NCBI GenBank assembly: GCA_000934665.2
Contig: JYFJ02000726.1
Location: 62,001-112,545 of the forward strand
Length of the DNA stretch: 50,545 nucleotides
DNA from: Catajapyx aquilonaris
Taxonomy: Eukaryota
Direction of reading: 5' to 3'
In this document: piece after piece, positions 12,101 to 27,295 of the stretch
Numbering within the stretch: the stretch's first letter is position 1
Layout of the letters: each line of letters begins with the position of its first letter
The notes under the pieces: model-generated
Databases searched by the model: none
What the model saw: only the letters and a program-made list of their open reading frames with translations
What the model was told of the DNA's origin: nothing
Position numbers and translations under genes: made by a program

Positions 12101-13844
12101 ACTGAAGTCCGGACGGCATCCGGTCAAAGTCCGTCGTATCAAACGACCAAAGTGGTACGCCACTGAAATGTACGCCAAGGGATAAAATGAAGACAGCGTT
12201 ATCCTGTGCCTGAACCTCTTTTACTGCGCATGTGCAGTGAAGACATCCACACAAAAGGGGGAAGGAATGCGTGCCCACACTATCCACTAACGAGTCCACT
12301 CCACAGCACACTTTCCGGAACCATAGTATTTTTTTTGTGGCATTTTCAATAGTCGTACCAAGAGTGGATTTGGGGGATTGGGTGAGGGGAGGGTAGGTAA
12401 ACAACAACAGGCTTTTTGCATGATATATCATCGAAGCAACTTTTTTTAGCAAGCAGAACTTTGTGTGTTGCGAAGGATCCTCCCAACACCGGGAGATCCT
12501 TACATGTATTTTCTGAGCAGGGTCGTTGCTACATGACAGTCACTAGTGATGAATTTACATTTAACTTCTCTTACTGACCGAAAAAGGTAAGCTGTGATAA
12601 TACTGGGGTTAAGTTAGAATCACTTTTTTTTGTGAATCTAGACAGAGCTAGTCTTTCCTCTTTTACAATAAAGGTGTAGTAAACATAGTTAAAAAAATTG
12701 GAATGTAAATTGCAAGTTATCTAATGTGCAACCTTTCTTGCCAGTAAGAAATGCATGTAGCAGACCATTTGTATGATTTTTTTTTTCAACTTTTCTTGTT
12801 CGTTTTTTTTTCTTTCTTCTTCAAGTCAGCGACTGCCACTTCACCGAAAACATTGAATGACCGAAGACGGCAGCACCTGAATACTAACTACAGTGTTACT
12901 GTACACATATCGCAGACACCACGTGTAAACATGCGTCTACTCTCACTCTAACAAATCAATACCATCTTTTCCGTTGGGATAGTCCTGCGATTTCCTCTCA
13001 TTTTTTTTTTTTAACTTTATATTTTTTTTACATTTGCCCAACTCCTATCTACAGATACAGCTCCATCCATATCTTTTAAACTTCCAAGTGATTATGTATA
13101 ACAAACATTGTTCTAAGGCAATAAAAATGACTTCTGTTTTAAGCTCTGCCATTTGAAACCTTTCGGGACATCAATTAACCAAAATTGTCATGCAAGAATA
13201 TATATTGTGAGCTATGACAGGTGACAGGTGACCTAACACATTGGTCGAACCTTACTCTGAGTAAAGGTGACTTGTAGCATAACACTCTGATATGCTTACA
13301 ACATATTTGTGAAATTCAACACATGCAAACTGCTCAAGAGCAACAATTGGTCATGGTTTAAAGTACTAAACATCTCTCGCCTGTTTCGACTACCAACTCT
13401 CTTCGTGACTCGTTTCCAAAGTGCAAATTAAAAAATTCCCTATTTAGCAAGTGACTGTCCAAGCGTTTCCTTATTGCTCAGGTTCATTAAGGCCGTAAAT
13501 GAAAAGATCATCGCAAGTAGTAGAATTTGTGGGCTTGAATCCCAGAATCCAGCTCAGAAATGTTTACGAAAGAAACCACGACTTTTTTAAGGCAGGGTTT
13601 CATGCATTTATTGCATCTCTCTTTTGCAAATTAAATCCTGCGTTTTTTTAAAACCCCCCCCCCCCCTCCCACACTCTGTACAAATAAGAAATTAGAGAGG
13701 AATTTCAAAAAAAAAAAAGGAAACTTTTGTTTTTTGAACCCCTGGAGCTGCACCTGCGCAGTGGGCAAAAAAAAACATGAAAATGATGCGCACACACCCC
13801 CACAACTGTTAACATTAACTTCTCCAAATTAGCACCACTGTCGC

Positions 13845-16800
13845 TCACAAGGGCACCTCGAAGCTGGTTGTAACCTGCTGATGCTGTGAGACAGCCGGAG
13901 TCACAAACGGATTGGTTGCGTTTTGTCGGGCAGCCAAAGCGGCCCACTCAACATCAAATGGATCGCCAGGCCCTCCGCCGCCGCCTAGGAATGCCTCGGC
14001 CGCCCCCAGGCTCTGAGACCTTAGATGCGAGATGTGTGGTGCCCTCCTAACTGGGGGTGGATGGCCACCGCTCATGGCAGCAGCACTGCTCGACACACTA
14101 CCCAACCACTGCTCTGGCCGGGGAAGGCCTGCGGTCGGTGGCACTGGGGTGGCAGTAGTGGTGGATGCGACTTGGGGAGCACGGGGCGTAGAGGATATGG
14201 GTCCCATGTGCCAGATGGCTGCTGGATTGGTCCAGCTGCCATCCCAAGGGGTGGTGGAGATGTTGTTGTTGTTATTTGCAACAGTCGTTGTTCTTGTGAT
14301 GGGCTCCGAGGTGGGGCCCAGTGGAGGTGATGAAGCATCCAGGGAGGAAGTCGACATCAGATCCGGTTGAGATCCTGACAACTGCCCCTGGAACGCATGA
14401 CAAATCATATGAAACAAAATCGCAATAACACTCCATAAAGAATTAAACACTCTAATCGGACCAATATCGTCCCCTGGTAGAACATTCATTGCACTATTGA
14501 ACCCAGTCAGGCGTATCAGTCTGATTAAATTCAATTGCAGCATACCTGAGAGGTCTCATCGGAGGCTGAACTGAGCAAATTGAGGCCCCGAGTAACCTGC
14601 ATGCAGAGGGCGCTCACAGCATCAGCAGGTCTCTCAGCAGGGGGGCTGAGGGTGCGGAGATTAGTCCCTCCCCCACTGGAAGGCGGGTGGGCAAGGGGTG
14701 CGTGGGGGTTGCCGTTTGGAGCGGCCGACCCCAGGCTCATAGCCCTTTGACGCTGGAGGTTGGAGGGCAGCTCGCCCAGGCGGAGTGACAGCTGCCGCTT
14801 GAAAGGTGAGGCCGCACCCAGGGCTGAGAAGGCCCTGAAGGAACCTTGCCTCTGCAGCATCAGAGGCGTGGCGTGAGGCCTTTCAATGGCATACGGATTC
14901 TGCGCAGAGCGGTTGCCAGTGGCGGGTGGAGGGGGTGGGGGTGGGGGCGGTGCTGGTTTGCACTCCTGAGGATCTTGCCTGTGGAACGAACATGGAAATC
15001 AGTGGCGTAATCAAGGAATCCAGCTGCCTGACATAAGAAATGCAAGGCGCACATGCTGGAATTAGTTGAAAATGACCGCAGCAATACTTGTTAGAAAATT
15101 TACCATATTTGACTGCATATAACACGCATGGACATGTAAGACGCACCCTCATTTCAGCATATCATATTCAGTAAAAATAGTTTTTAGCGTATTTTCGCAT
15201 ATAAGACGCAATGCAATTTATGGAGCCATTTTTTTTTGAGAAAAAAGGGTGTCCAATACGCAAATTATGGCAGATATTGTCTTCTACGACATATTTTTTT
15301 TCCTTCTCCACTACAAGGTATTTTTCAAAGTGAGTCCCCAGTTTTAAAAAACTGCAATCATTAATGATTTTCTTCACCGAAGTGACAACACCGAAACCAC
15401 ATAACACGGCAACATACGGCAAAAGCCTGACTGCACAGTACAGGTAAATATGTATAATTACTCAAGCAAGCATGCGCAATAATTAGATTTGTCCCTTTTC
15501 CCCTCCTCACACAAGAACAGGCAAATGATGAGGGAGTTCTATTAAACATGTACTGTACAACATATTCTGCAGCATTTAATGTGTAAGTCAAATTTATTTT
15601 AGCTGCTTCAGGAACAAAATATTGTGGACAAGCTGAAACATTTGATTTCAAAGCCCACGGAATAATTTTGATGCATCTCTTGGCCATGCGTACAATATTG
15701 AACAGCCACATAAAAATTTATTTGAACACAAGCACCCCGCTAATTGCTAACTTGTTTGCCTGCTGCTCAATTAATAAACTGGGCACTTTCCCAATCACGT
15801 ACAGTAACTAATGATCGAGAGCCACCGTGATGAAGCTCCCTGCCTTGAAAATTATTACAGTTACTTCATCCCATTACTGAGGGTTTAGCAGAGAAACCAA
15901 CCCACACTTCCACTATAATTAAATTATCGACAGGAATCCTTGTACATGCTACATAGAGCTCTTTCATGCATCAAAACTTTGTACTGAATTAGGTACATCT
16001 ACTAAGCACAGACATTCAAAACAGATCAAAGGTGCTTTATACTTACGCTGGTATTGAATAGTCAGGGTGGCTGAGAAGAAGAGAAAATAGCAACTTGGAG
16101 TACAGAGCTATCATTACACAATCCTAATTGCATGATGCAAAATGTAATTTGACACTTTTAAGTAAGATTGGCAGTCAAGTGTTAACATATCAATCTGCAA
16201 CAGTTTCTCATGTAATGATAAATTCTGCAAAACCTGTTCTCCCTTTTGCATCCGAAACGTTTGATTCTATGAGTGTATGGAAGCATTTGGTGCACTTGGA
16301 AGCCAATACGTGCACAAACACGTTGAGGTGCAAGTGAATTACTTAAGTCAGAATTGGCAGCTACGATACAACTGTGACAGAATTAACTGCAATAATTTTG
16401 CCACGTGACAAAGTACACATTCTGTATATTTAAACGAATGTAACAGTGCGCACAGTACAAGCTGCACGTTTTCAATAATATTGAATATACCTGCGCTCTG
16501 GAAGTGAGGCTTGTCGGAAGGATCCCAGTCTGGCAAAGGAGCCCTGGGTGGGATCGAAGTTGAGGGTTACTCCACATTCCTTATCACGCCTCTGCTTGCG
16601 CTCCAAGCAGGCAGCAAATGCACATCCCACCGCATGGCTCAGTCGCTCGCCCTGGGAGGGGAGAAGTACGTCAGCAACTCCAATTCATAGGTTGGAAATT
16701 TTGAGAATAACTAACCGACTCCTTGAGGGCAAGAAACCCATGGCACATCCACCTCCTTGTGGTCCCATCCCGACAAATGTAGGAGAACCCCTTTTCATGG

Positions 16801-19800
16801 TTGCGGTCCGGAGCACAGAAGGACACCTTCTCAATAGTCTGGTCCACTATCAGACCCTATTAAAATTACACCAGGGTGTTACTCGCTGCCAAATTCAAAC
16901 ACAAACCATGAGATCCAACCTTAGTCTCATCCTCCACTACTCGTAATCCATCTCCTGAGACGTAAAGAATCGCTTTCACTGGGCGTCGTCTCGAGTTCTG
17001 TAAAAGATTTCAGTTCATTCACATCTGCTCGACTTTCACACGTAATGGTAACATGTAATGCTCACCCTTAGTGCTTTCAGTGCATCTTCACACACTGGCA
17101 TTCCTCTGGACTCGTACACTTCCACACACCCCATGTACTGTAATGGTAGAAATGCACACATGTCACATTGGCATATAGGGCACAATGAATAGTCATTGAG
17201 AGACTATCTGCAAGGAAATTTACATCACCAATCTTGAATATCAGAACACACCTTAACATGGAAGGAGCAGGTCCCAGCCCGAACAGACGACTCATCTGAT
17301 TGCCACTGGTGAGGTTTCGAAGCCTCTGGAACATGCTCCCTTTTCTTTCGGAAGGAGTCACGGAAGCTGCGTCGCAACCGGTCCATTTTCCGGAGAGGTC
17401 GCTCACCACCTCGCTGAAATGAAATGTTAATGAACAATCTGCAAGACGAATCATTACCCTGCTTTCTTAATCAATACCTCGAGACATCAACCTGGCATGC
17501 AGTCACACTTGATAGTCACACTAGCAATATACTGCAATTTCCTTCCTGGCACGGAGATGAGTTCAAGGTTGTTCCTCCAACATTTTCACACTTCACCAAA
17601 TGGAAATGAGGTGAATGTCCACTTATTCTGACCAGTATCATTTCACAAGGTTTCTGAGTCAACAGTTAGTGGTCCTTGCACCATTTCATATGCAAATGAG
17701 ATTGCCTCCTGTTTGAGGAGGGGGCTTGAACCCCCTCTGCTTTGATGCCATGCATCAGATGGCTCAGTTTATGTTTCGGCTTTATCCCAGAGATTACACA
17801 CACAGCTTCATGGGCTTTATTTTGCTCGCTTAATTTCCAAAAGCCTCCTTTTCCCGTCAAAAGCTGTTGACGCTGCAGGAAACATGGAACACTTACAGAG
17901 CAACTCCCTGCCATTACTGGACAACACGGTAACAAAGGAAATTCGTAGCTAGTGCATCACATGCATAAGAATTATGTCAGGCAGAAACTTACGTTACGGT
18001 CTGACGATGACACAATGTGGCCTATTCATGCATTAACCAATGGCAATAAAATATTTCATTCCAAAGGCAAAATTGATTTTTATGAACGGCTCTTGCCATG
18101 GTGATCAAAGTTGCATTAGGATAAAACTGCCTTTTTATAGTACCAGGGTTTGGCTGAAAGGATGGCGTTTGGCAATAAAATGTTTCATAAAAAAACATTT
18201 CCATCACAATGCAAGTGTATTGCATATGCAATATATACTCCATGATACTTTGATGCTGCAGACTTTTTGAGCTTAGGTATCTTATGGGGAAGTGACGTCT
18301 GCTTGTTCAAATTGGTGCTCTTCGTGAAATGCCACCATTTCTATGATATAAACATGCAAATTTTACAACTTTTGGAAATGCATTTTCACACTACACAATG
18401 CAGACAACCTGCCAAACCATACAAAAAAATATTACAGATTCGATAGACTAAAGTGTGGGCTTCTAGTACCAGATTTACATGTCCTAAAAGAGGAGCAGTT
18501 TTTCATACCCCAATCTGCAAACCACACGTTAAACAAATGCCAGTAAAGCCACTTTTTTCAGGTTAGAATGACACCAAACCTGCAGTGAAGGCCATGAGAA
18601 AGAGGCTTCGTAATGGCATTGAAACTTGCTTACTGGCATTGCACTGTCAGTAATTACTTTCAACAATAAAACAGTAGGCATAAGGTCATGCCACTAGCCA
18701 AAGTAACGTAAAATCACTTGAAACAGTTCTGTTCCTGACTTGTTCTTTAGGCCCACGTTTCTACTAATGCGCTTTGTTAAGACTTGTCTGCCCAGGGCCG
18801 CAACAAAACGGAGTAATTCAAGAGAGTCCTAATTACTTCACTACTCTGGATTAGTTACTCCCTGAGGTATCATCCCTCATGCATATGTCACGGAATTACA
18901 TTCAAGTTACAAAGGAGTGCGCTAAACCGGACGTTAAGATTTGCCGGGAATTTGGGTTTCACTGTACGTTCCGACTACCTTACATTATATACGCTTACAG
19001 TAATCTAATTATGTTGATTGAAATGCATCTGGCAAAAGGTCTTAGCCAGTGTGTCCGTACTGCAGTCTGTGATGATTCATCAATTACACATGCCATTTGC
19101 TCACTTCCTCATTAAGAGTTCATACATTCTAATTTATCAGAGGCCTCTAAATTCCACAGCAATATCAGATGTTGCCTTCCTGGAGCAGTTACTTACTAGG
19201 TTATAAATACGAAATGTGCCTGTGCAAGACAAAACTGACCTTCAATGGCATGACAGCATTGTCCTTCACACATCGAAGTACTCATTCATGTGCCACATGC
19301 ATCGCTCATGGCATAAAACAGCTAACAGTACAAACACACTCCTTTCATATTTACACCCCTCATTTATCTATCATTTTAGCGATAAAATGGCAATAAATAG
19401 GCCAGAGTGCATTATCCTTACGATTATGTGTCACCCAGAGTCACATACATATGCATACAATGATAATATCTCAGTTAACTTTATTCAGGTGAAACTTATT
19501 CACACTGAAATGCACTCGACGCAAGAGACGTTACCCGAAAGTGGTCGGCATTGTTAACAGGACATGCAAACTTGTGTTTTTAATGCCAAACCACTTGCCT
19601 TTACTCAGCCACCGGCTATGCCACAAACAGTACAGTTCATAACCGAATCATTACTGTTTAGTCAACATGTTTTATCACTTCACAAGGACTTTGCTCGCTC
19701 GCAGGCTTGCTGGTACTACAGGTGTACAATGATAAGGAGCCATTGGACCTAGCCTAAGCTCCAAATTTCCCTCTTTACCCGGCAAACCGCAAGTTTGGTC

Positions 19801-21522
19801 AAATTTCTATCACGAGCCCCTCCAGAAAAATTTTCATGCAAAAAAATTCATAATTGTAACAACATATCCTTATTCGCGCTTAAACAAGGAAATTACACCT
19901 CGAAACATGTCGTAATTCACTTTACAGACGTTGTGCATGACTTACTTATAGCTCGTCATATAAATTAGATTTACTAATTTTCCTGCTGTAAATGGAAACA
20001 GTACAAATTAGTTTCAACGTCAAATTGTCCTTAACCACAGTTTAAAACCAAGAGTCAGCTACGAATCAGTTACACACCACAAAGAATGTGATAACAAGTA
20101 TCGCACTTTTACGACTGTGCTACCCCAGCACTTGCTGCGCTGTTGAGAATGGGCCTGTTGCTTGTGTCATATCACAAGTGCATTCCAGATGCTTCTTGTT
20201 CATACCATGCTCCCTCAGACTTCTAATCTTATCATAACTGTGTTAGTGTGCCCCTGTCAATATTCTTCCCTGCAAGGACGTTGGTTCCTTTCTGATTCTA
20301 CCAACCACCCACATTTTTGGACTGGTGGTTGGCCACTTCCTACTCCGACTACTTGGAGTAACTCTATTAGCTGCGAGTGTGTTCCTGCCAACATCAATTT
20401 CATAAACACAACTGGTGGGCATGATAGTCTCATCAAAAATTACCAAAATTACAGCATGTGTTAGGTTAGTGACAGTCCCAATCGCCTATTGATATCAGCC
20501 TAAGCATACTACAAATATTCCAAAATCCACTTTCTTCACTTCACATGTCATGAGAATTAATGAAAAAACTCCCCTGCTGCAGCATGAAGCCTCAACCATT
20601 TCCTACTGGAACATTCTGCATATGTAGAGTACGCAGGAATGTGCCTCGGACAGCTGCAACCGGAGATCTAAGAAGTAACGCTTCAACCAAATGTCCTAAA
20701 CTGCCTTATGGGAAAAGTCATCGCATTCATTTTGCCATTTATAAGTTCACAGTACCGATGAAGACTTTTGCCCAGGAAGTCCACATGATCATAACCCAAT
20801 ACTGAATATCTCAAACTACGTTTATCATGTACATACCACAGCACCAGGGTCATTGCAACCGCCATGTTTTGTACACATATTCCCCCACATAGCTGGACAC
20901 CGACATCCTACATGCCGCTGATTCAGGAACAGTCAGAAAACTGCACTTTTTTGAGTACCCAAAATTGATGTTTTTTTAAATCGTTTATCATCTGCGGCTC
21001 TTACTTGCGCTAGTACAGCACATACATGATACATCAATTTTGAGACAATTATTAGTTTTGGTGTCATAACCACCTAAAATACGCAATCACACATAGCAAT
21101 ATGTCGGCCTATCTGAAGTTATACAGGGTGACTCTAAAGGCCGGTTGCATAGGTAATTGTATTGCACTGTTGGTTGCCAACTGGCACACTGTAAGCGGCA
21201 AAATGTTCTTTTTACCATGTGCCGCATTACATGGTGTTGCCCCCATCCAATCCAAAATGGCCCCTCTATTATTATACCTAGTGTACCATCAGGGGGGGCC
21301 TTTGAACCTTCCCAATAGTGTAAACCCGAGCGACGCGCCCAACATTCCATCCGGATGACGCCATGTGGGCCTCTCATCCGCCCCCACCTTGGACTTTCGA
21401 TGCTCCTTGTTCCTTCCATCGCCCACACTGTTGCTGCTGGTGTTGGTCGCTGCCCCTGGCTCGCCCTGGGGTTGCTGTGCTGGCCCCCGGTCCAGAGGCT
21501 CGTGCGATGTAGCCGTGCCCAT
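13845..21522 (-). CDS. numb: Numb (PTB-domain endocytic adaptor); exons approx. 21522-21388, 17413-17252, 17137-17066, 16997-16920, 16857-16717, 16651-16491, [16070-16047], 14978-14546, 14387-13845
   Basis: [26 protein letters not shown] domain ([30 protein letters not shown]), RQGSF and [10 protein letters not shown]-terminal DPF and NPF motifs. Upstream exon [13 protein letters not shown] resembles the Drosophila long-isoform N-terminus. A short isoform can start at 17386. Confidence 0.95.
15101..15300. mobile_element. pogo/Tigger-like DNA transposon end fragment (related copy at about 40978-41110)
   Basis: taccatatttgactgcatataa..acgcaccc.catttcagca.atcatatt occurs in both copies. The TACCG/ATA...TAAGACGCAC terminus is typical of this group. 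Confidence 0.5.
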
Positions 21523-22479
21523 ACCCACTCTCGAGAGAGAGAGAGACCTCTGACCCCCCTTCCCTTATTTCCTCTCCCCTCCACTCGGCTGCCCTGGCCA
21601 CACTTCACTGCCACCCACTACTATTCAACCGAGCAGGCTGGCCAACATTTCATTCTGCAACCCTATGCTAGCTATACACACACAGCAGGTACACACGGTG
21701 GTGGTCATACACGGTGCGAAAGTTCGTACTTTTTTATTCTCAGTACGTGTACTCCACTACCGGATGAGTAGTCACAATCAGTGCATATACTCAAGGTCAC
21801 ATATTGGTTGGTGCCCCTGCTTGGTATACCCATCCCTATGGGGGGAAACCAGGTGTCCTTGCCTCACCTAAGCCCCGTCATCAAAATCAACCAATCAAAA
21901 TACACAACACTTTGTTTTTTTTGACCAAAAAAAAATTGGCGAAAAATACTGCGCGAATAAATTATCGGATGTGTACCAAACTTTTTTAATGGCTTCCCCT
22001 TGGAATTAGTGTGGTAATCGAAGCGCAGAAAGTTTGGATGGACCGCCTTTTTCCCATATATTATGCTAGGAGGTCATGCCGAGTGCTCATCTTTAAATTC
22101 GGTCCGACGCGACGGCGGGGTCGAGCCTCATCAACAGATATTCCCCGTGGGAAGTAAAACGTGCGACATGTGCAATGACACCAAAAGGTCACACGCAAAA
22201 ATTACGGTGGACATAATTTGCATGAAAAGTGAAACTCGACTTCAAATTTGTGAAAATATATGGAGTGAAAGTCGCGGATTTTCATAATACAGTAATTTTA
22301 CTGTTTAAAAAAAATTGAAGTCAACTAGTTGTCACAATTTGGCAACACTGCCCTGCCCGCCTCTTTGGACGTAATACGATTATGCCACTACCTGTTGGCG
22401 CATAGGCTCCTCCCACTTCACGTGGCAACTGTGTAGGGACAAAGTCACGCCAAGCCAATTCTACATGTGATTTTGAATA

Positions 22480-23020
22480 TTTAATTTAAATTTAGAATAC
22501 CGTACCGGTAACAAAACTAAATATTAATAAATTTAATAAAATACAATTATTATGTCGATATTAAAATTAAAAATATCATTGAAATTCAGATTAATTGCAT
22601 TACAATTAAAATAAATAATGATATTACCCTTAAAAATAAAACATAAATAAAATTAAATAAATACGAATTGAATGAATAAAATTGAAATTAAATAAACAAC
22701 TAAAATTAATGGCTGGCATTTAAATCAATAATTTGAAATAAAATTACAAGAAATAAATGAAAAGACGTAGGCAAATAAAATTAATTACATTGACATTAAA
22801 ATAGATAAGTAAAATTGAATTGAATTAAAATTAATTACATTGACAGTAAAATAGATAAGTAAAATTGAATTGAATTAAAATTAATTACTAGTACATTAGC
22901 ATTAAAATACAAATAATTACAAATGAAAATATAAAAAATTACCTAATATATTAAAATTGACATTAAACTAAAATTTCAATTCCGTTAAAATTAAAATACT
23001 TAATCGTCATTATATTTTGA
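22480..23020. repeat. Very AT-rich low-complexity tract with a local ~50-bp tandem duplication
   Basis: aaaattaattacattgaca.taaaatagataagtaaaattgaattgaatt is repeated at about 22777-22890. Confidence 0.7.
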
Positions 23021-26000
23021 ATGGCAGCGTCTATTGTGAGGGTCCAAATAGCGCGTGCACCACTTCATAGCGTGGTCATTATGATGCTTTTCTACAAGAC
23101 GACAATAATAGCTGTCCATTGGAGCGTGAAATGTGGAGATAAGCGAACTCAGTTTCACGTTCCGCGCAACGCTGCCAGATCACAAACAAAAACGACCCCA
23201 AAGATTGCCTTCTATGTAATCTCTACAACTTCTTTGCACTTCACGCTCATCAACCCCGCGACCAAACTGACCGAGGCTCGGAACGAAGTTTGCTCTAGTT
23301 GAAATCAACACACATGTAGCATGTGCGATGACGTCACATGTGAAAACAAGCCATTGCAGATGGCCCTGTTGGAAGAATATTCCAACTCATATAGTGGCGC
23401 CCAATATGGTTTCGGAAATTGGGACAAAACGGCTGCCTTTATTGGAGCCATCTGTTATTTATTGCTAGCCAATCGATCTTGTCATGTTTGCAAATTTAAT
23501 TGTGTCACCTGCCTCGTCATTACTGAGTGCCACTTTCGTTATATGGGGGCATGTAATTATGTAATGAACAAATAACTGCTGCTTCGCCTATTTTATATTT
23601 AGAATCAGATTCCAGAAGAAATCATCATCATAATGACTACTATAGTCTACTACATTATGCTGTACAAGAGCATGGCGAAATTCACATCTGCAATTTTACG
23701 ACTTATTTTGATTGATACTGTATCATTTTTTGCTGAGTTAAATGTCCTCTGCTTTTAACCCACCAAGAGATGTTTTTTTTTTCATTCCCTTTTTATCCGA
23801 ACGACAATAATTGCCATTTAATGAGCCGTCCTATCTAAAAATTTACTGATAATAATTAAATCTGACATATTTGTCCTGTGATTAACTTACTATCAAGAAT
23901 GATTATTTTGTACAATGTCTTTCTTATGTTAAAAATTCTGCACTGTCTCCTTCCAAAAAAAATTAATGTCTCTCGTGATATCAGTAATAATAATAGACCT
24001 ATTTGTTGTTATTATTACAGTATTACATCTCCCTGAGATTACTGGCAGACAGCCACCTGGATGATCTCAGACTAATCTACAGAACATCCTAGAGTTGACG
24101 TCACTTTGAATAATATCATGTGACTACCAAGCTGTTTTGTCAAGAGGTCGTCGACCCAACTTATAAACACTCAGTTTCCTTCACCCACAAAAAAATATTT
24201 GACAATTCGTAAAAAAACCCAAAGGGCCAAAGACCACCCCCAAAAAACTGAGTCGCTTATTGTTAGTCTCCCAGCCCCTTCACGTGAGAAATTACAGGTG
24301 TTGAAACATGCAGGCGAATCAATCGATTCAATTTCCTCTGTGGTTTTTTTTTGGAGGACAGCTAACACAACGTCCGCAAACAATTTTTAAATGGTGTTCC
24401 CCCACCGCAAAAACCATTCCAACCGAGGGAGTTAAGTGGCAAAAAAAAAATACTATCGCAGAAAATCTAATCAACTTTTTTTTTTCAATCTCCCAGCTAT
24501 ACATTTACGTACATTCAGCAGATAACCCATCTTGAATACAACAGCAGCCCTCCATCAAAATTCGCCAATATTTGCAATGTGCCTCTGGGGGTATTAACGT
24601 ATGCCAAAAAGATGTTCCTCTTCTGGTAGCAAAAAAACCAATTTTTGCTCGCAAATTCGGTTATCTCACACAACAAAGGGGGCGTAACCTGAGATGTAAC
24701 AACAAATGCTTATCATCCCAGATATTATCTTCATAACAATTGTGCGATTGTTGTTGTCCATAAAAAAATCACATCCAGGAACCTTCGATCGACTTTTTCC
24801 CCCCTTGCAAAAATAAAGTTAGGCGAGAAATAGGTGGCTAGATCGTGCCTCTCAGACACTATTACATAACAGCGACCTTTAGCACTGTCATTCAGCAGGT
24901 AGTCCACAAGAGTCCGATTTAAAAAAAAAAATCGGTGCCGACTAATGAGAATTAAAATAACATCAGTTGCCACTCGGAGCAAATATTATGTTGATGACAT
25001 ATACATTCACCTTGACCTCACCTTGGGAATGCCCTTTCCTCTTAAGGTCCAATGTCAACCCCCCCAAAAATGCTACTAATTGTTTAAATTGTTGAGTCCA
25101 ATTTAACACCTGAATTCATCGTCTGCCTATATATGGCACAAATCTGGACAAACAAACAAACGCAATTTCTTTAGTATGAAACATGGAGGGCATAGAAGCT
25201 GTGCCTAGATCCCCCGATCGATTGTGCTTTCCAGGTGAGGCGCGTGGGCGGAAAAGTAGGACCAACCCTCGAATTTTGGGAGAGGTATATATGGACCTGG
25301 ATGAGTCCTGCAAAAATACGGGCCAAATCAATGACGATTCTATACTAAACATGTCTCATTATAATTTTGACCTAAGCCTGTCCTCACCTGAACCGTGACC
25401 TTATGCAAATTACAAATCAATGCTCTTTTGCAATATTTAGTCGGCAAAAAGCCTGGACGGGTGATTCAGTAGTGACGTCACAATAATAATAGATTAAGGG
25501 CTAGATCGCTTCCTGCCGTGAGGGACTCGTGTGCTCTACTTATTCACACATGAATGCATACGTAGCCCCCATAGTGCACACTGGCACAATCAATCACTGC
25601 CGGACTTCATTGCGAAACATTTTTCCATTGTCTGGATGACGTAACTGGGGTTGTCACACACTGTAACGCAAAATTTGGCATATAATCAGTGAGATGGCCC
25701 GCCGATTTACCACGTAGTAGTATTCGTAACTTATAGACGGCGCACCATCTACCTGCACTCCTGCCATCTTCAGGTCGATAGTGATACTATCAGGTCGGAC
25801 AAACTTTAGACACAAATTAGTTTCCCATGTCAAAAACCAGCCGGATGCCACCCACACCCCAGCTATAATTACCCCCCAATGTAACCTATAATAATATTAG
25901 CCGCTCCATAGAACCGTGAACATAATATCAAACCGGAAGTTACCGAACCTCCAAACCACTTCCTCGCAAAACGTATCAGCAGCACCTACACTATTTTAGC

Positions 26001-26991
26001 AAAAATATTGCATAACGATTTTTGGCGCGTTTTCTCAGCTTATTGCAAATATTAAAGATGCGAGACAAGCCGGCTTCCTCATTTGCATGCGATATGAATA
26101 CATGGGGCGGTTCCATGTTTATGGTAATGTGCTCAAAAAGTGTGACAAGACCTGCCCGTACTTTGGCGCCACATACAGCCATACAGTACAGTAAGGATTA
26201 TCACAAAAAAAATCAGGTCATGCAGATGGTTTTGTATGATGACAAAATAATAGGCATGACACCTGTCATCTCGTCAGCTTCCTCATCCTTTCGATGAATT
26301 TTTACGAACGCAACCGAGTGCGCACCCATATTCGCGCAGCTCCATGATCCAACGCGACATGTACTGTTTGTTTTAAAAAGTCAGTACTTTATGGACTACT
26401 AACTGGGCGATAATGAATATCGCACTTTCTTTTACTTTCTTATGCGAAGGGCGTCGCAACCTTGCGGTTTTATATGGGCATCATAAATGGGGACAATGAA
26501 CTGCCGGAATTTCCAAGTACTCATCATATGATTATTGCGTTTCTTTGATGGGACGGAAATGTCTGGAGGGAAGATCCATTCAGGAAATTCAATTTCCAAT
26601 CGAAAATTGGGTTCATATCCTGAATTGATTCGTTGCAAAAATGTGGGTGAATCCAGGGTTTCAATTGCAAAAATCACAGTTGTCTTACTCCATTGAAACG
26701 CACGTCGATAATGTAAACATTGCCATAATATGCCTGAATAATTGTTTAATTTTTAATAAGCAAATGAACTAACATTTGACAAGTGTCATATATAATTATA
26801 GGACGCTAGACATACAGCTGGTTAAAATGACACTCATTACCATATATGCACCATATATTGTATATACACGTCAATATTGTAAACAAGCCTTGTACGGTTA
26901 CATTTTGTCATGTTTGTTCATTTGTTCATTAAAAATTATATTTCTTTTTTTTTTAAAATACGGCATATCCATATGCACCATATATTTTGTA

Positions 26992-27295
26992 TAAAAAATG
27001 GACAATAATTCACACGTAATTAGCGACTTTTGGGTTGTCATTTTAAGCCTGATATGCCTGTCGTCCTACATATATGACACTTGTCACGTTAGTTTGCTTA
27101 TTAAAAATTAGCAAATTAAACAATAATTCTGGGATATCAGGGCACATCGATATTGTAAATATGTGCCCTGATATCACATAATTTATTTGTCTTTTTAATG
27201 AGCAAACGAACATGACAAGTGTCCTATATATAGGACGGTAGACATCAGCCTTAAATTTACAACCCAATTACGTGTGAATTACTGTCAATTTTTTC
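26992..27295. repeat. ~300-bp imperfect palindrome (foldback element) with extra arm fragments at 26745-26935
   Basis: gacaataattcacacgtaatt...gatatcagggcacat / atgtgccctgatatc...aattacgtgtgaattactgtc, centred near 27155. Confidence 0.8.
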
